DNA of 64,000 bases from the human T2T-CHM13v2.0 reference genome, Homo sapiens. The notes beneath the pieces were generated by a model that made no database searches, was not told where the DNA came from, and was given only the letters and a program-made list of their open reading frames with translations. Position numbers and translations under genes: made by a program. Location of the stretch: NCBI RefSeq assembly GCF_009914755.1, contig NC_060931.1; one strand, written 5' to 3'. Every line of letters starts with the position of its first letter. Position 1 is the stretch's first letter. Positions 1-18,791 of this stretch are shown here, piece by piece.

Positions 1-26
1 ATATATATATATATTAGAAAATTCCA

Positions 27-335
27 GGCTGGACACCCTGTCTCATGCCTGTAATCCCAGCACTTTGGGATTCCAAAGTGAGAGGATCACTTGAGGCCAG
101 GAGTTCGAGACCAGCCTGGGTAACATAGTGAGACCCCATCTCTACCAAACAAAACAAATCAAAACAAAACAAAAAATTAGTGGGACATGATGATGCATGC
201 CTGTGGCCCCAGCTACTTGGGAGGCTGAGGTGGAAGGATGGCTTGAGCCCAGGATTTTGAGACCCAAATGAGCTATGATTGCACCCTACCCTCCAGCCTG
301 GGCAACAGAGCAAGACCCTATCTCAAAAAAAAAAT
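27..335 (+). mobile_element. Alu (AluJ-like)
   Basis: Dimeric Alu with middle A-rich linker and A tail running into (TA)n. Confidence 0.95.
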
Positions 336-338
336 ATA

Positions 339-392
<54 letters not shown>
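336..392. repeat. (TG)n(TA)n microsatellite from Alu tail
   Basis: More than 20 TA units seen directly. Confidence 0.95.
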
Positions 393-393
<1 letters not shown>

Positions 394-949
394 CAGCATT
401 TGATGAGGAGCTGACTTTTAAAAATCCTTCTGAGGCAGGGAGCAGGCGGGGTTACAGCCGGTCTGCGTACTGGTTTTGAATGTAACTCTGAACCACCTGG
501 CATATATTTTCTGCACAAATTGGCATCTTTGCTGGCCCTGGAGAATGAAGCATGATCTTCAAGCAACCCAAACCTCCCACATACGTATCTGAGTTCCCAG
601 GGCACATCCAGGTCCCTTAATAATCTCGCTCTTTTTTTTTTTTTTTCACATGTAGCTCTCCCTGTTTAATGTGTAGTTCTCACTCCTTCCTACACACTCC
701 CCCTGCTCTTTCAAGTCAAGTTTAAGGGTTTTCTCCCCTGTGGATATCCCTTATTACCCCAGCCAGAGTGAGGGCTCCTTTTGTGCTCACCCCACCCTTG
801 GCCCATGTATCTGAGTTAACACCTATGACATGTAATTATCCTTAGGATTTTCTACCTCTCTGTCTCAAAAAACTATAGGCAGCGACTATCTCTTATTCTG
901 CTCCAAATCCTTACTTCCTCGCACAGTGTGGGAACTTCATCAGTGTTCT

Positions 950-1567
<618 letters not shown>

Positions 1568-1784
1568 TGATGTTTTTAAATGAATGATCCCGTCAAACCC
1601 TAACCCTAGCAGCAGTATCTGATAGCGGTGAAGCCCTAAGCCTATTGTTAGGGTTTTACAGATAAACAGTGGGGTGAGGGCTTTACTGCTATCCGGTACT
1701 GCTGCTTGGGAACATCTCTCTCTCTTGCTCTCTAATCTCTATTTGTCTTCTTGAACCAGTAACTCATTGCCAGTTTTTAGATGA

Positions 1785-2390
<606 letters not shown>

Positions 2391-2424
2391 TCCTTTTAAC
2401 GAGCTCCAATAACCAGAACTCTTT

Positions 2425-2925
<501 letters not shown>

Positions 2926-3479
2926 GAGACCACGTGCACCAGAATGCCTTTCAGCCTTTCCATCATTTTTTTTTTGGTTGTTTGTTTTTAGAATCCACAA
3001 AATGTATGCACTGTAGTTTGAGTCCATCAATATATGGCTCAATTTCTGTTTTTAATGATAACTCGAGGAAACAGAAATGTATCTTGTTGTGAAAAATGTT
3101 ACCTCCATCAAACAAATGCCTAACACCACAGCATTAGAATTGCACTCTGATCTTTCCATTTATTCAAAACAGCATTAAGTGATTTGATTTATTAGTGGCA
3201 GCCTGGGGTGGGGGGAGGAGACTCTGATAGTCACAAAACCAACGCATATGCGAAGAGTGGGCTTTGCAATGTGCTTAGAATAAGTGGAGGAATTTCTTTT
3301 GAGGAATGTACTTTGTCTGACATAGGAAGGTGCATGAAATATGAATGAATAGAATGCTTGCTGTTAAAAATTTCTTTTCATGAGCTACAACATAGATAAA
3401 TTAGAGATTTAAGTGCAGGGGACCTCAGACTTCAGACAGCTGGAGAGGGAAGAAGATGGGAAAAGGAAAATAATTTTCT

Positions 3480-3785
3480 CTTCTTTCTTTTTTAAAGACA
3501 GGGTCTTACTCTGTTGCCCAGGCGGGAGTGCAGTGACACAATCTCAGCTCACTTCAACCTCCACTTCCTGCTTCCCGGGCTGAAGGCAACGTCCCACTTC
3601 AGCCTCCTGAGTAGCTGGGGCCACAGGTGTGTGCCACCATGCCCAGCTAATTTTTTGTATTTTTTGGTAGAGACAGGGTTTTGCCATGTTGCCCAGGCTG
3701 GTCTTGAACTCCTGAGCTGAAGCAATCTGCTTGCCTTGGCTTCCCAAAGTGCTGGGATTACAGGTGTGAGCCATGGTGCCCGGCC
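3480..3785 (-). mobile_element. Alu (AluJ-like)
   Basis: Antisense Alu dimer. Confidence 0.95.
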
Positions 3786-5302
3786 AGGAAAATGATTTTC
3801 AAACATCCTTGATCACCTGTCTCCCTCTGCTTAGGTGCCTGTAGGCTTTCTTGTGTATTATGTGCTTCTCTTCTAGGCAAAGATGGTGAAGACCCGAGGA
3901 GAGGCAATATGCATATAGTTGAATTTGCTTAAGAGGGATGAGAATTTTATGCAGGAATTAGGCAATCCCAGATATGGGATCTGCCAGCCACTCAGCACTG
4001 GATCAAAATTTTCTAGCCTGGATAAAACTCCGGTCTTTACCAAACTAGTTTCCCAGTGTTTCTGGCCACCATCTCTCTTAGTCTTATCTTTATAGGTCTA
4101 CATGCCAACACACTACAAACATACCAAAGAGATCGTGATCACAAATTTCATTAAAGAAGAAGGTGGCCGTTTCTCCCAGCAGTAGCAGATTATGTGTAGT
4201 TGCTTTTCAGGTCCTCAAACAGTTAGGTCCAGTGTCCCTAGGTGAATGACACTTCCTGGAAATCTACAACAGAGAGATACTGATGATCTTAGATCCAATT
4301 GGTCTAGGGAGTAGGAATCCAGCATAATGGTCTGTGCCTCCTGAGCCTGTGCTTGGTCAAAACTCTTGCTGGAAAGAAACAGAAACCCATTGTGCTAGCT
4401 CATGGAAAAGGATTACTATGAGGACACAAAAGGCAATGTCATGGTCACAGGAATAAAATATAGCTAGAGACAGTACTGCCATGTTCAGTTGCACAAGCTG
4501 TGCACTGCATAATTCCAAAGGTATTGTTTGCATGGACCATGAGGTGTACATAGTGATCTCTGGAGTTGTACAACATTGTGGCATTGAATATAGAGGTTGG
4601 GAGAGCCAAGGACTGAGGCCTCTTTCTCCACCCATCAGGTGTGAGGTGATCACTCTCATTTCTGCTCATCTTTGTGTCTGCCCCATTCTTCTTTCTCATT
4701 CATATTTCTCTGTGTACTCTCTTGCATGTGACCCCCAGTCTGCTCATCACATTCTCTCTCTACTTGATAACCTTTCCATTCTGGTACCTGCCATTGACCA
4801 TCAAATGTCTTTGTCTCTTATTTCAGAGTTTCAGGAGGGAATTTGATGGGTCTTTGACATACTAAGCATTTGGAAACCTTGTGTCAGTATCCACCACACT
4901 TCTGGTTCAACTGGCTGTGTCCATTGGGAGGTAGATAGAACGAAGGTGGGGCGACCTTAGGCCTCTTGGAATAAAACATGTTTAGAGTGTCAGGGACCCT
5001 GGGTGAGGAAAGACTCGTTGAGAAGGAGGCCTGGCTGGGGCAAGCATTCGAAAATATGCATCATACAAGCCCCATCCAAGGTGCTCCTCAAACCTACTCT
5101 TTTTTGCCTTTGGGTCCGGGGTGGCTTTTGTCCTCTCTGAGGGATCATGGGATGTTTCTGAAGCTGCCCCTAGTCTTAGCTTCCTGGCCTTTTCTCCTGC
5201 TATGTCTGAACTTGCCAACATTATACAACCTTCTCTCCATCAGAGCTTCAGCTCTTGGCTAGCCTTTGCAGGGTGGCCTGTTTTCTTAACCCATACAGCC
5301 TC

Positions 5303-5610
<308 letters not shown>

Positions 5611-5930
5611 TAACTTTTTGAAACCAGTTAGCACCGTATCTTCTGGGCCAGTGTTTATGTAGTGCCTGAATGGGGGAAGATACTCCAATCGAGTGGTTCT
5701 GCATAGTTACATTGGCATCTGCTGGAGATGTTAACGCTTCAATGTTGGACTTTTTATCTTTCCCCCAAACCTACTCCTCCTGCAGCCATCCGCATTTCAC
5801 TTAATGGCAATGGAGGCCTTGCAGCTGCTCAGTCTAAAAACCCTGGAGTCCTCCTTGCCTACCTTCTTTCTGTTTGCAGCACATCTGACCTTACAGTATT
5901 ATCCATACTTGGTTCCACCATCACAACATG

Positions 5931-6869
<939 letters not shown>

Positions 6870-7910
6870 TGTCCTGAATCCAGCTGTTTCTTACCACCCA
6901 CACTGCTACCACCCTGGTCCAATCCACACTCTTCTTTTTGCTTGGATTACTGTAACAGCCTCCCAACTGTTGTACCATTTCTACCACTGTGCCCTGAACG
7001 TGCAGCAGAATGTGTGCAGAGGTTAACATAGAAATCAGACTAGGTCCTCAAAACCCTGCAAGGATCCCCTTTCATCAGAGGAAAAGTCAACATCTGTAAT
7101 GGCCTGCAAGTTCCTATAGTATCTGGACCCAGAGATCTCTCTGCGTCTTCTTCATCTATTCTTCTCACTTTCTCTCTTGCCGCCATATTGGCTCCTTGAT
7201 GGTTTCTTAAGCATGGCGAGTACCCTCCCATCTCAGGGACTTAGTGCGCACTGTTCCCTCTGCCTGGAGTTCCCTCTCTCCTCCAGAAGCCAAAGGTTAT
7301 TCCTCACCATCTCCAGGTCTTCCCCCATCACCACCCCATCACTCCTTGTTGCTTTTTGTGGCTGTGGCTGTTTTACTTAGCACCTTCTTAATATCCTATG
7401 TGGTTTACTTACCTATTTTTTTTTTTATTCTGTGTCTCCTTTTCCTCCACAAACACAGGAACTTTTGTGTATTTGGTATTCTTAGCACTGGGTTAGTGCC
7501 AGGCACCAAAAACTATCTGTTGAAGGAACAAATGAATCTAGACAAATGAATAGGTGAATCTAAATTTACTTATGGAGAAAATACCAGATACCAACAAGTA
7601 TGACCTACATGTAAACATCTGCTGTTGTTTTTTTTTAACTAAAGTTGGGGTCTTGCTATGTTTCCCAGGTTGGTCTTGAACTCCTGGCCTCAAGTTATCG
7701 TCCCTTCTTGGCCTTTGGGAGGCCTAAGATTTCTTAATTCCTTTTTTTTCTTGGGCAGAAAGCTCCAATGCAGACTGAGTTCCAATCGGGGTACTGGCCT
7801 CACTGCGTGTTTGTCTCTCCAAGCATCACTCCTCTGCCAGTGAACCCATGTCTGGGGAGAGAGTCTTCCAACTCACTCCACTCTTGTTTTGCACAATAAA
7901 TTCACCTGCT

Positions 7911-8271
<361 letters not shown>

Positions 8272-9562
8272 TCATTCTCATATCCTGGGGCTGTAACATC
8301 CCTTCCTCCTTTTTTCCTTGAGGACCCAGCCTCCCTGGCAACTTGCTTTCAATTCCTAGAATTTCCACGTGGGAAGCAGAACTAACCTCTAGACTCCTGC
8401 TGCGGGAGATAGAGAGGTCACATGCGGAGCGGGGGAGTTCTTTGCAAGTATCTCCAAGGAGACATTTAAAGGCCATCCCCTAATTGCAGCGTGAAGCTTG
8501 CAGCAGGTGGAATTCCTGACTTTCGCCAGAGGATGGCACTGTGGGTGTTTCCAAGAAGGAGCTGAGCTTTTTTTTTTTTTTTTTTTTTTTTTTGAAAAAG
8601 CCATTTCCAAATGGCAGTAACAGCTGCACTTCAAACCCTGCAGGGAACATTAGAAAATGTTAACCCCCGGTTGGGTGGGGAAGAAGGACTGGAGGCGGAC
8701 ATGGGGATCGTGACCGCGGAGGCCAGCCCCGGAGGAAGGGCAGGAGCTAGAGAAGTGCCAAAAAGGAGAGAGAAAAGGAAACTGCAGGGCAACCTAGCTG
8801 TGGCTGGGGACTAGCGTCCTTCTCTGGTGGAGGTTGAGCAAGGACAAGAGCCCTAGCTGGTGGGGATTTGTTTTCCAGAGTCGAATTCAACCTGGGAAAA
8901 GTAGCAGGGTGCAGCGGGGTGCAGCGTATACATGTGTCATTTGCCAACTTTCTCCGTCTGTACCCACTTTGGACCGGTCATTTAAGAGCTGACACCAAGT
9001 ATTTTTCATCTTCCAGTTTTCTATCATGCCTGGCAGGTACTAGACCCTCCATTAATAGTTGTTGGATGAATGATTGACTGAATGGAAAAAAATGCATCTT
9101 AGATTTGGGATGGGGAAGTGATGTTTTTTTCCAAGAGTAAAAAAGTTGGGCAATTCATGTGTCTTCCTATATTTCTCTCCAGATTACAGCCATCATTATC
9201 GCAATCACTGAAATACCAAGCCCTTGACTATTTGCAGAGGACTTTCTCTCATTCATCCTGGTCTGTCCACCTGTTCATTCTTCCTAATTACATTACATCC
9301 TTATTAATCTCCCCGTCTGTAGCAACTCATCTCTTTCATGTGCTTTCTTGAATTAGAGTGATTTAGGTACACACTGCCTCTTTCAACTAGACGGGCTATA
9401 TGAAGGCAATACTTTACATCACCCGAGTGAGTTTACAGCCACACAGCGCTTAATCCTTGCGTGGGCTCTTTAAGGAAGATATTATTGGGGCATACTGTAT
9501 TTTCCAAAAATGGCCACACTGATCTTACCCCATCCCATGCTCTTCTTACGATGTGACACTGA

Positions 9563-10293
<731 letters not shown>

Positions 10294-10816
10294 TGCAGTG
10301 TGATTTCTGAGGCTGTGTCACCTACGGTGGCGAAGCTTCCTCAGCCTCTCTGTCAGGACACGTGTCTTTGAAACACTAAGAAGCCTCCGTGCAGAAGGGG
10401 TCACAAGGAGAGACCATGTAGAGACAGGGCTGGAGAAGCCCCAGCTGTTCTAGCCTCAGCTGTTAAAATCCTCCATCTAAGGCCCCAGACACCGTGAGGC
10501 AGGTATAAGCCATTCCCCTTCTGCTCTGTCTTAATTCCTGACCCACAGAATCTGTGAGCCTAAGAAATGGGTGTTTTACACTGCTCAGTTTGGAGTGATT
10601 CATGATATAGCCGTAACTGCAAAACTTAATTATCCCCCTCCCATTTCTTCTAGCTGAGAAAACTGAGGCTTAACAAGCAGTTGGACTGGCCCTCGGATTC
10701 CTCTTTCTTGACTTCCAGCCCAGTGTATTTTCCAGAGCCCTGTGCATGTCCTGATGTTGGCTTTAATTGCCAGGCTGAGCAAAAGACACGGTGGATTCCA
10801 TTCAGGGGTCACTTGA

Positions 10817-11272
<456 letters not shown>

Positions 11273-12013
11273 TGAGCATCTGCTAGTGGCAGGACCGTCT
11301 GAAAGCTGCCCACCTATCCCTGCAAACCTACTAGCTTCTAGTTCTAGAAGAGTCCTGGTCTAATCACAGCTATTAGGCCGGGGTTAATTGGTGCTATTAT
11401 CTTCACAATGGGCCATATTTGAGGGTGAGGCTAAGAGGCCACGAGAGCAGGTAAAATCAAACAAACCACAACATTGCTTCTATTTTATTAGTGGTCTTGT
11501 AAAAATCATCATTGCTATCCATTTGTCTGAGCCATTAACACCCCTTTTAGGAGCCTCCCTGAAACTGACTAATCATCTTGTGGTCTGGCAACCTGGAGAC
11601 GGTCTTGACAGTAGGATGTTCTCATCAAAGTGGATTTTCCGGATGACCAGCAGTTCCTGGTTGGAGGGCCACAGCCTCTCCTCCGCGGGTGTGGATAAGA
11701 AGCTGATAGGTGCCTCTCCTCTGAGATGAACAGTGACGTCTCATTCTGGGCTTGGGAATAGTTGACGAGGAGACTTTCCATGGCAACACAGGAAGCCTGA
11801 TTCTCAATGTCAATTTCAGCATCCTTGGGAATCAGAGACCACAGACAGCCTTCACAAACCCTATGGCCATTGAGAGCTTTGTGGCAGTGAGTCCTGTAGT
11901 ATAGGTTCCTGGATAAGCCATCTTTCCCAAGTCCATTGTGGACCCCCAGTCATGGGGTAGCGGACAAGAGGGTGCTAGCATGCACAAAGCAATAATGTAA
12001 TTCTGGCAATGGC

Positions 12014-12063
12014 TATGGTGTGTTACCATATGGTATGTTATGGTGTGTTACCATATGGTGTGA
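12014..12063. repeat. 25-bp tandem duplication containing ACCATATGGT palindromes
   Basis: tatggtgtgttaccatatggt(atgt/gtga) x2. Confidence 0.9.
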
Positions 12064-12265
12064 TGGCTGTGACCTTGTTTGCATGGTCATAGCGACCTGG
12101 TTGTCATTGATGGAGGCCACGATGCCTGTGACTTATGTTGATTGTAATGCTGAGATGCTGGAAATTGTTGTGTTGTTTGAGTGTGCCGTCATTGCAATGT
12201 CGGGTTTTATAGAGGCTGTGATGTTGTGTCCTAACACTGGTGGGCTCTGATAACATCATTATCCT

Positions 12266-12828
<563 letters not shown>

Positions 12829-13779
12829 GAATTTGCATCTCTAATGGGTTCCCAGGTGATGCTGATGCTATGGGTCTGAGAACCATGTCACCTGGTAAAC
12901 TCCCCATCCCTGAACACACCTGAATACTGGCTGCAGGAGGACAAAATTATGGTTTGATATGAACTTACCTCTAACAACAGGATATGAGCTGGAGTCCACT
13001 GAGGAAGAGTTTGTGGAAGGTTCAGGAAGGACCATTATTTTGAAACAAAGTAGAGAGAGTGCTAATTAAGACTGGTCTCTGTAAACTCACAGACACAAAG
13101 GCTGCTAGCAGGAGAAGACCTTCGAGGCCATCTGGTTTGCATTCCCAGTTTACGGATGGGGAAACTGAGGTCCAGCCAAGAGTAGCTGGTGTGAAAGGTG
13201 GTGGTGAAAGGTGCCACCTGCCCCCAGCATAGAACTTGAATTTCCAGATTCCTCACCAAGGGTGGGCGCTGCTGTTCCACGCTGCCTCTGCACTGGACCA
13301 GAGCTGAGATATAGACTCTGCTTAGAGAAGCAAGGCTTGTCCAGACCAGCGCTACCCAAAAGAAACTTCCACACAGGACAGGATGGGACAGGGTGGCATA
13401 GGAGGGCCGGAGGTGACACTCAGACTTTGCAGGTGTCACATGCAAAGAGTAAGGACTCACTTCGGGGATGAGGCAGAGTCTCCGATGCCCAATTCTCCAC
13501 CACAAAAAAGAGAAGCTGGTAGCTGTGGATGCCACCTTGGGTCCAGTCCTCATCACCCAGAGGCTCCAACCCTGTGATTTTTCTCCTCCTTTCCTATCTC
13601 AGGGGGATTTGATTGACAGTTGGCAGCTTTGATTAAAAAAGAAAAAAAAAAACAGAGATCTGGGGAAAGATGGAAACATTTGATGGAAATGTTCTTTTGA
13701 GGGTCTTATGTAAAATTTCAATAATCTATGCTGCCCCTGTTCCCCATGCTGAACATGCAAGGACAGGTATACCACGGCG

Positions 13780-14020
13780 ACATGAAATTGCTGCCATTTA
13801 TCAAACACCTGCCGTGTGCCAGACATGGGATCAAGTCCTTTATATTCCCGAACTCATTAAAACTTCACAAAAAGCCTACGAGGTAGATGTTGTTATCATT
13901 TTTTTTAAAAGATGGAGAAATGAAGGCCCAGAGTGATGAAATAGCCAGCTCAGGTCATATAGCTGGTAAATGGAAGAATGAAGACTTGAATACAGTCTGC
14001 CTGGTGCCAAATTCTGGGTG
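13780..14020. mobile_element. MIR
   Basis: gatggagaaatgaaggcccagag...aggtcatatagctggtaaatgg core. Confidence 0.7.
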
Positions 14021-14529
14021 TTTTTAAAATTGTGCCAAGAGGGTGTACCCTGGGAGGTGCCATGAGCTTTTCATCTTGCTTTTGTGGGGCTGGGGCTTCT
14101 GTACATTGCTGCTCTCCAGACATGGCCCCTGTCTGTCCCAGTCCTGCGTAGCACCCAGGAATGAAGGCAAGACACCAGAAGATTGGACCTCAGCCCATTC
14201 CTGAGGCATTGAGTCACATGTGGTGTGCGTCAGAACGATTTTGGTTATAAGTCATGGAGACCTGAATTGAAAGAAAAAGAGATAGTGACTGGCTCATGCC
14301 CTAGGGAAGCTCAAGGGAGAGGAGTATGGTTTTCAGGTACGGTTCGATCTAGGGTTTCATCGACTAATCATCAGGACTTTCTTTTTTATTTCCTGGTTCT
14401 TTTTCTCTGGGTGGTTTTCATTCTCAGACAGACTTTCTCCCCATGCGTTGGCAAGAATGACCTCCAACAGCTATTGACCTACATTGTCCTTGAAGCTGGG
14501 TAATCCCAGTGAAAGAGTGCACCCCCCCT

Positions 14530-14973
14530 TGATATGGTTTGGATCTGTGTCCCCACCCTAATCTCATGTTGAAATGTAATCCCCAGTGCTGGAGGTGAGG
14601 CTTGGTGGGAGGTGACTGGATCAGAGGGGTGGATTTCTGATGAATGGGTTGGCACCATCTTCGATGCTATTCTTGTGATAGAGAGTGAGTGAGTTTTCAT
14701 GAGATCTGGTTGTTTAAAAGTGTGTAGCACCTTCTCCTCCCAACCTGGCTGCTCCAGCCGTGTGACATCATGGCTCCCCCTTTGACTTCTGCCATGATTG
14801 TAAGTTTAGTGAGACCTTCTGGAAACTGAGCAGATGCCAGAATCATGTTTCCTGTACAGCCTGCAGAACTGTGAACCAATTAAACCTCTTTTCTTTATAA
14901 ATCACCCAGTCTCAGGTATTTATAGCAATATGGGAATGGACTATTTATAGCAATATGGGAATGGACTAATACA
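14530..14973 (+). mobile_element. MSTB-type MaLR solo LTR
   Basis: TGATATGGTTTGG...GACTAATACA termini. Confidence 0.9.
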
Positions 14974-15160
14974 CCCTACCACCCCCACCAACAGCTCTAG
15001 CCAAAATCCCAGGAATGACTCTCATTGGTTCAGCTTGGTTCATGTAACCCTCCACTGACCAATTATTGCAGCAAGGGGATGGAGTAGTCTAATTATGTAG
15101 ATCCAAATCTCATAACTGTCCCTAAATATGCAGATGGGATCTGTCCCATCATCTGGGTGC

Positions 15161-15526
<366 letters not shown>

Positions 15527-15684
15527 TAAAAAAAAAAAACCTGCAGCTACCACCATCTGCTAAACTGGTCTACACAGTACATTGCATACACCTTCCCTGC
15601 CAATGGAGTAATCTAAAACTAGATTGTCGTACAGATGGTGCTAATTCTGGATGATTTTTGAACATCAGCTCCCTATTTAACCCT

Positions 15685-16079
15685 TGTTATGGACTGCAGG
15701 TTTGTGTTCCTCCAAAACCCATATGTTGAAGCCCTAACTCCCAATGTCATGGTATTTGCACATAGACCTTTTGGGAGACCTTAGGTTCAGATGAGGTCAT
15801 GAGGGTGGGGCTCTCATGATGGAATTAGTGTCTTTATAAGAATAGGAAGAGATGCAGAGCCTTCTCTCTCTGCCATGTGAGGACACAGTGAGAAGGTGGC
15901 CATCTACAAGGCCAGGAAGAGAGCCTTCACCTGAACCCACCGTTGACCACTGAACTTGAACTTCCCAGCCTCCAGAGTTATGAGAAATGAATGTCTGTTG
16001 TTTCAGCCACCCAATCTGGAAATTTACAAATTAGGCAGCCTGTGGTATTTTGTTAGGGCAGCCTGGGCTGAGTAAGACA
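15685..16079 (+). mobile_element. MLT1A0-type MaLR solo LTR
   Basis: tgttatggactg...taagaca termini and internal MLT1A motifs. Confidence 0.85.
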
Positions 16080-16259
16080 AGCTCCCTAACTACACTGTGC
16101 ATGCTTTGAAAGCCAACACCAGCCTCATCCCATGAGGTCTGAGCTTGCTGCACCCCATGGAGCTGGTCACATGGACTGTGGGCTCCTGGTGGTGTGGGGA
16201 GAATCTTAATCTCCTAGCTTCCCGGCTTCTCCTCTAGGTGCCCTTCATAGCTGTTACTC

Positions 16260-17070
16260 TTTTTTATTTTTTTTAACTTTTAAGTTTAGGGGTACAAGTG
16301 CAGATTTGTTACATAGGTAAACTTGTGTTATGGGGGTTTCTTGTACAGATTATTTCGTCACCCAGGTATTAAGCCTAGTATACATTAGTTATTTTTCCTG
16401 ATCCTCTCCCTCCTCCCACCCTCCACCCTCCAGTAGGCCTCAGTGTGTGTTGTTCCCCTCTATGTGTCCGTGTGTTCTCATCATTTAGTTCCCACTTATA
16501 AGTGAGAACATGCAGTATTTGGTTTTCTGTTCCTGTGTTAGTTTGCTAAGGATAATGGCCTCCAGCTCCATCCATGTTCCTGCAAAGGACATGATCTCAT
16601 TCTGTTTTATGGTTGCATAGCATTCCATGATGTATATGTACCACATTTTCTTTATCCAGTCTATCATTGATGGGTTGATTCCATGTCTTTGCTATTGTGA
16701 ACAGTGCTGCAATGAACATACGTGTGCATGTGTCTTTATGGTAGAATGATTTATAAATCATTACTAGGTATATAACTCCTTCGGGTATATACCTAGTAAT
16801 GAGATCACTGGGTCCAATAGTATTTCTGTCTTTAGGTCTTTGAGGAATCATCACACTGTCCGCAATGATTAAACTAATTTACACTCCCACCAATGGTGTA
16901 TAAGCATTCCTTTTTCTCCACAACCTCACCAGCATCTGTTATTTTTTGACTTTTTAGTAATAGCCAGTTTTGACTGGTGTGAGATGGTATCTCATTGTGG
17001 TTTTGATTTGCATTTCTCTAATGATCAGTGATGTTGAGATTTTTTCACATGATTATTGGCCGCTTGTGTC
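16260..17070 (-). mobile_element. L1PA/L1PB 3' fragment
   Basis: Antisense L1 3'UTR/ORF2 end; ORF 16485..16667 ([24 protein letters not shown]) is L1-derived. Confidence 0.95.
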
Positions 17071-17185
17071 TGTCACCCTTACTCTGCCACTCTCCCAACT
17101 CCATTATCCCCTGAGTCTGTCCAGCAAGTGAGACCACCTCCAGCCGTACATTATCAGGGAGATGGTCATTTAACAAACCAGTTCT

Positions 17186-17502
17186 TTTTTTCTTTTTTCT
17201 TTTCTTTTCTTTCTTTCTTTCTTTTTTTTTGAGACAGAGTCTCACTGTGTCACCTAGGCTGGAGTGCAGTGGCGCAATCTCAGCTCACTGCAACCACCAC
17301 TCGCCTCACGGGTTCAAGCACCTCTCTAGTAGCTGGGATTACAGGCACATGCTACCACACCTGGCTAATTTTTGTATTTTTAGTAGGGACAGAGTTTCAC
17401 CATATTGGGTCAGGCTGGTCTCGGACTCTTGATCTCGGATGATCCACCTGCCTCAGCCTCTCAAAGTGCTGGGATTACAGGCGTGAGCCACCATGCCCGG
17501 CC
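17186..17502 (-). mobile_element. Alu (AluS-like)
   Basis: Antisense Alu dimer. Confidence 0.95.
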
Positions 17503-17901
17503 CAGTCCTTCATTTTTTAAAGCACCTGGGTAACATCTGGTTCCTTGAATGTATCCCTGTGTTGTTCAGAAGCAGGAAGTGGCTACTCTGCTCTGGAAGA
17601 TCCAGAACTTGGCAATCTATTCGTTTGTCCCTGCATTTGCTTGTTTTTCCAAGCAGGGATTATCCCCGGGCCCTGCCAGACTGCCAGATGGCATGGCCCC
17701 ACTGGGGACAAGCCAGACTTCCTGATGACTTTTTGGATCTTAGCTCTCGGGCTGCTCCGCCACCGAGACCAACCTCTGTGATGAGGTTCCGGAACCCTGG
17801 GCCTGCCCTAATACTTGCTCACACTCTTCCTTTCTTCTTCCTCTCCTCTGATCAGCATGACCTTGGTCCTGTGTGCCCTGATGTAAACTGCCCTGTTTTA
17901 G

Positions 17902-18036
17902 GATGAGGATTAGCAGACCATGGGGAATGCAAAAGAAGTGAAGACTCGACCAGGAAACAATCGGCAAGAAAGCACACCAAGCCCCCAATTTGGTGGTCTC
18001 AATAGGAAGAAAGAAAGGGATATTGGGAAATGTCAG
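17902..18036 (+). other. Candidate non-coding exon
   Basis: ccctgttttAG acceptor, purine-rich body, perfect CAG|GTAAGT donor; stops in all 3 frames. Confidence 0.25.
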
Positions 18037-18222
18037 GTAAGTTAGGACAGGATCCTTGGGAAAAGGGCTCTCTTGGAAATCTTAACAATACATACATTAC
18101 ATGCATTTAGTGTCTTATTGAAAGGAAGAGGCTTTCCGTCAATGCACCTAAAACTCTAATTCTTTGACTCTCTCCAGCTGCGTAGTTGAAAGTGCTTGGG
18201 TATCTTAAGTTCAGCCCTCTGA

Positions 18223-18791
<569 letters not shown>

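Noticed and set aside
279-605. ORFs with IYIYIY runs
   Set aside because: (TA)n microsatellite translation.
4475-4515. Possible MER91 fragment
   Set aside because: Too short to support from memory.
8568-8593. Long T-run as Pol III terminator
   Set aside because: No upstream A/B boxes or RNA gene; simple mononucleotide repeat.
13062-13556. 164-aa minus-strand ORF
   Set aside because: Ends in a MIR, has no recognisable motif, and overlapping ORFs on both strands point to chance.
16021-16037. Extra bases in MLT1A0 matching 6052-6068 (16/17)
   Set aside because: Short, AT-rich, 10 kb away and inside a high-copy MER44; cannot be told from chance.
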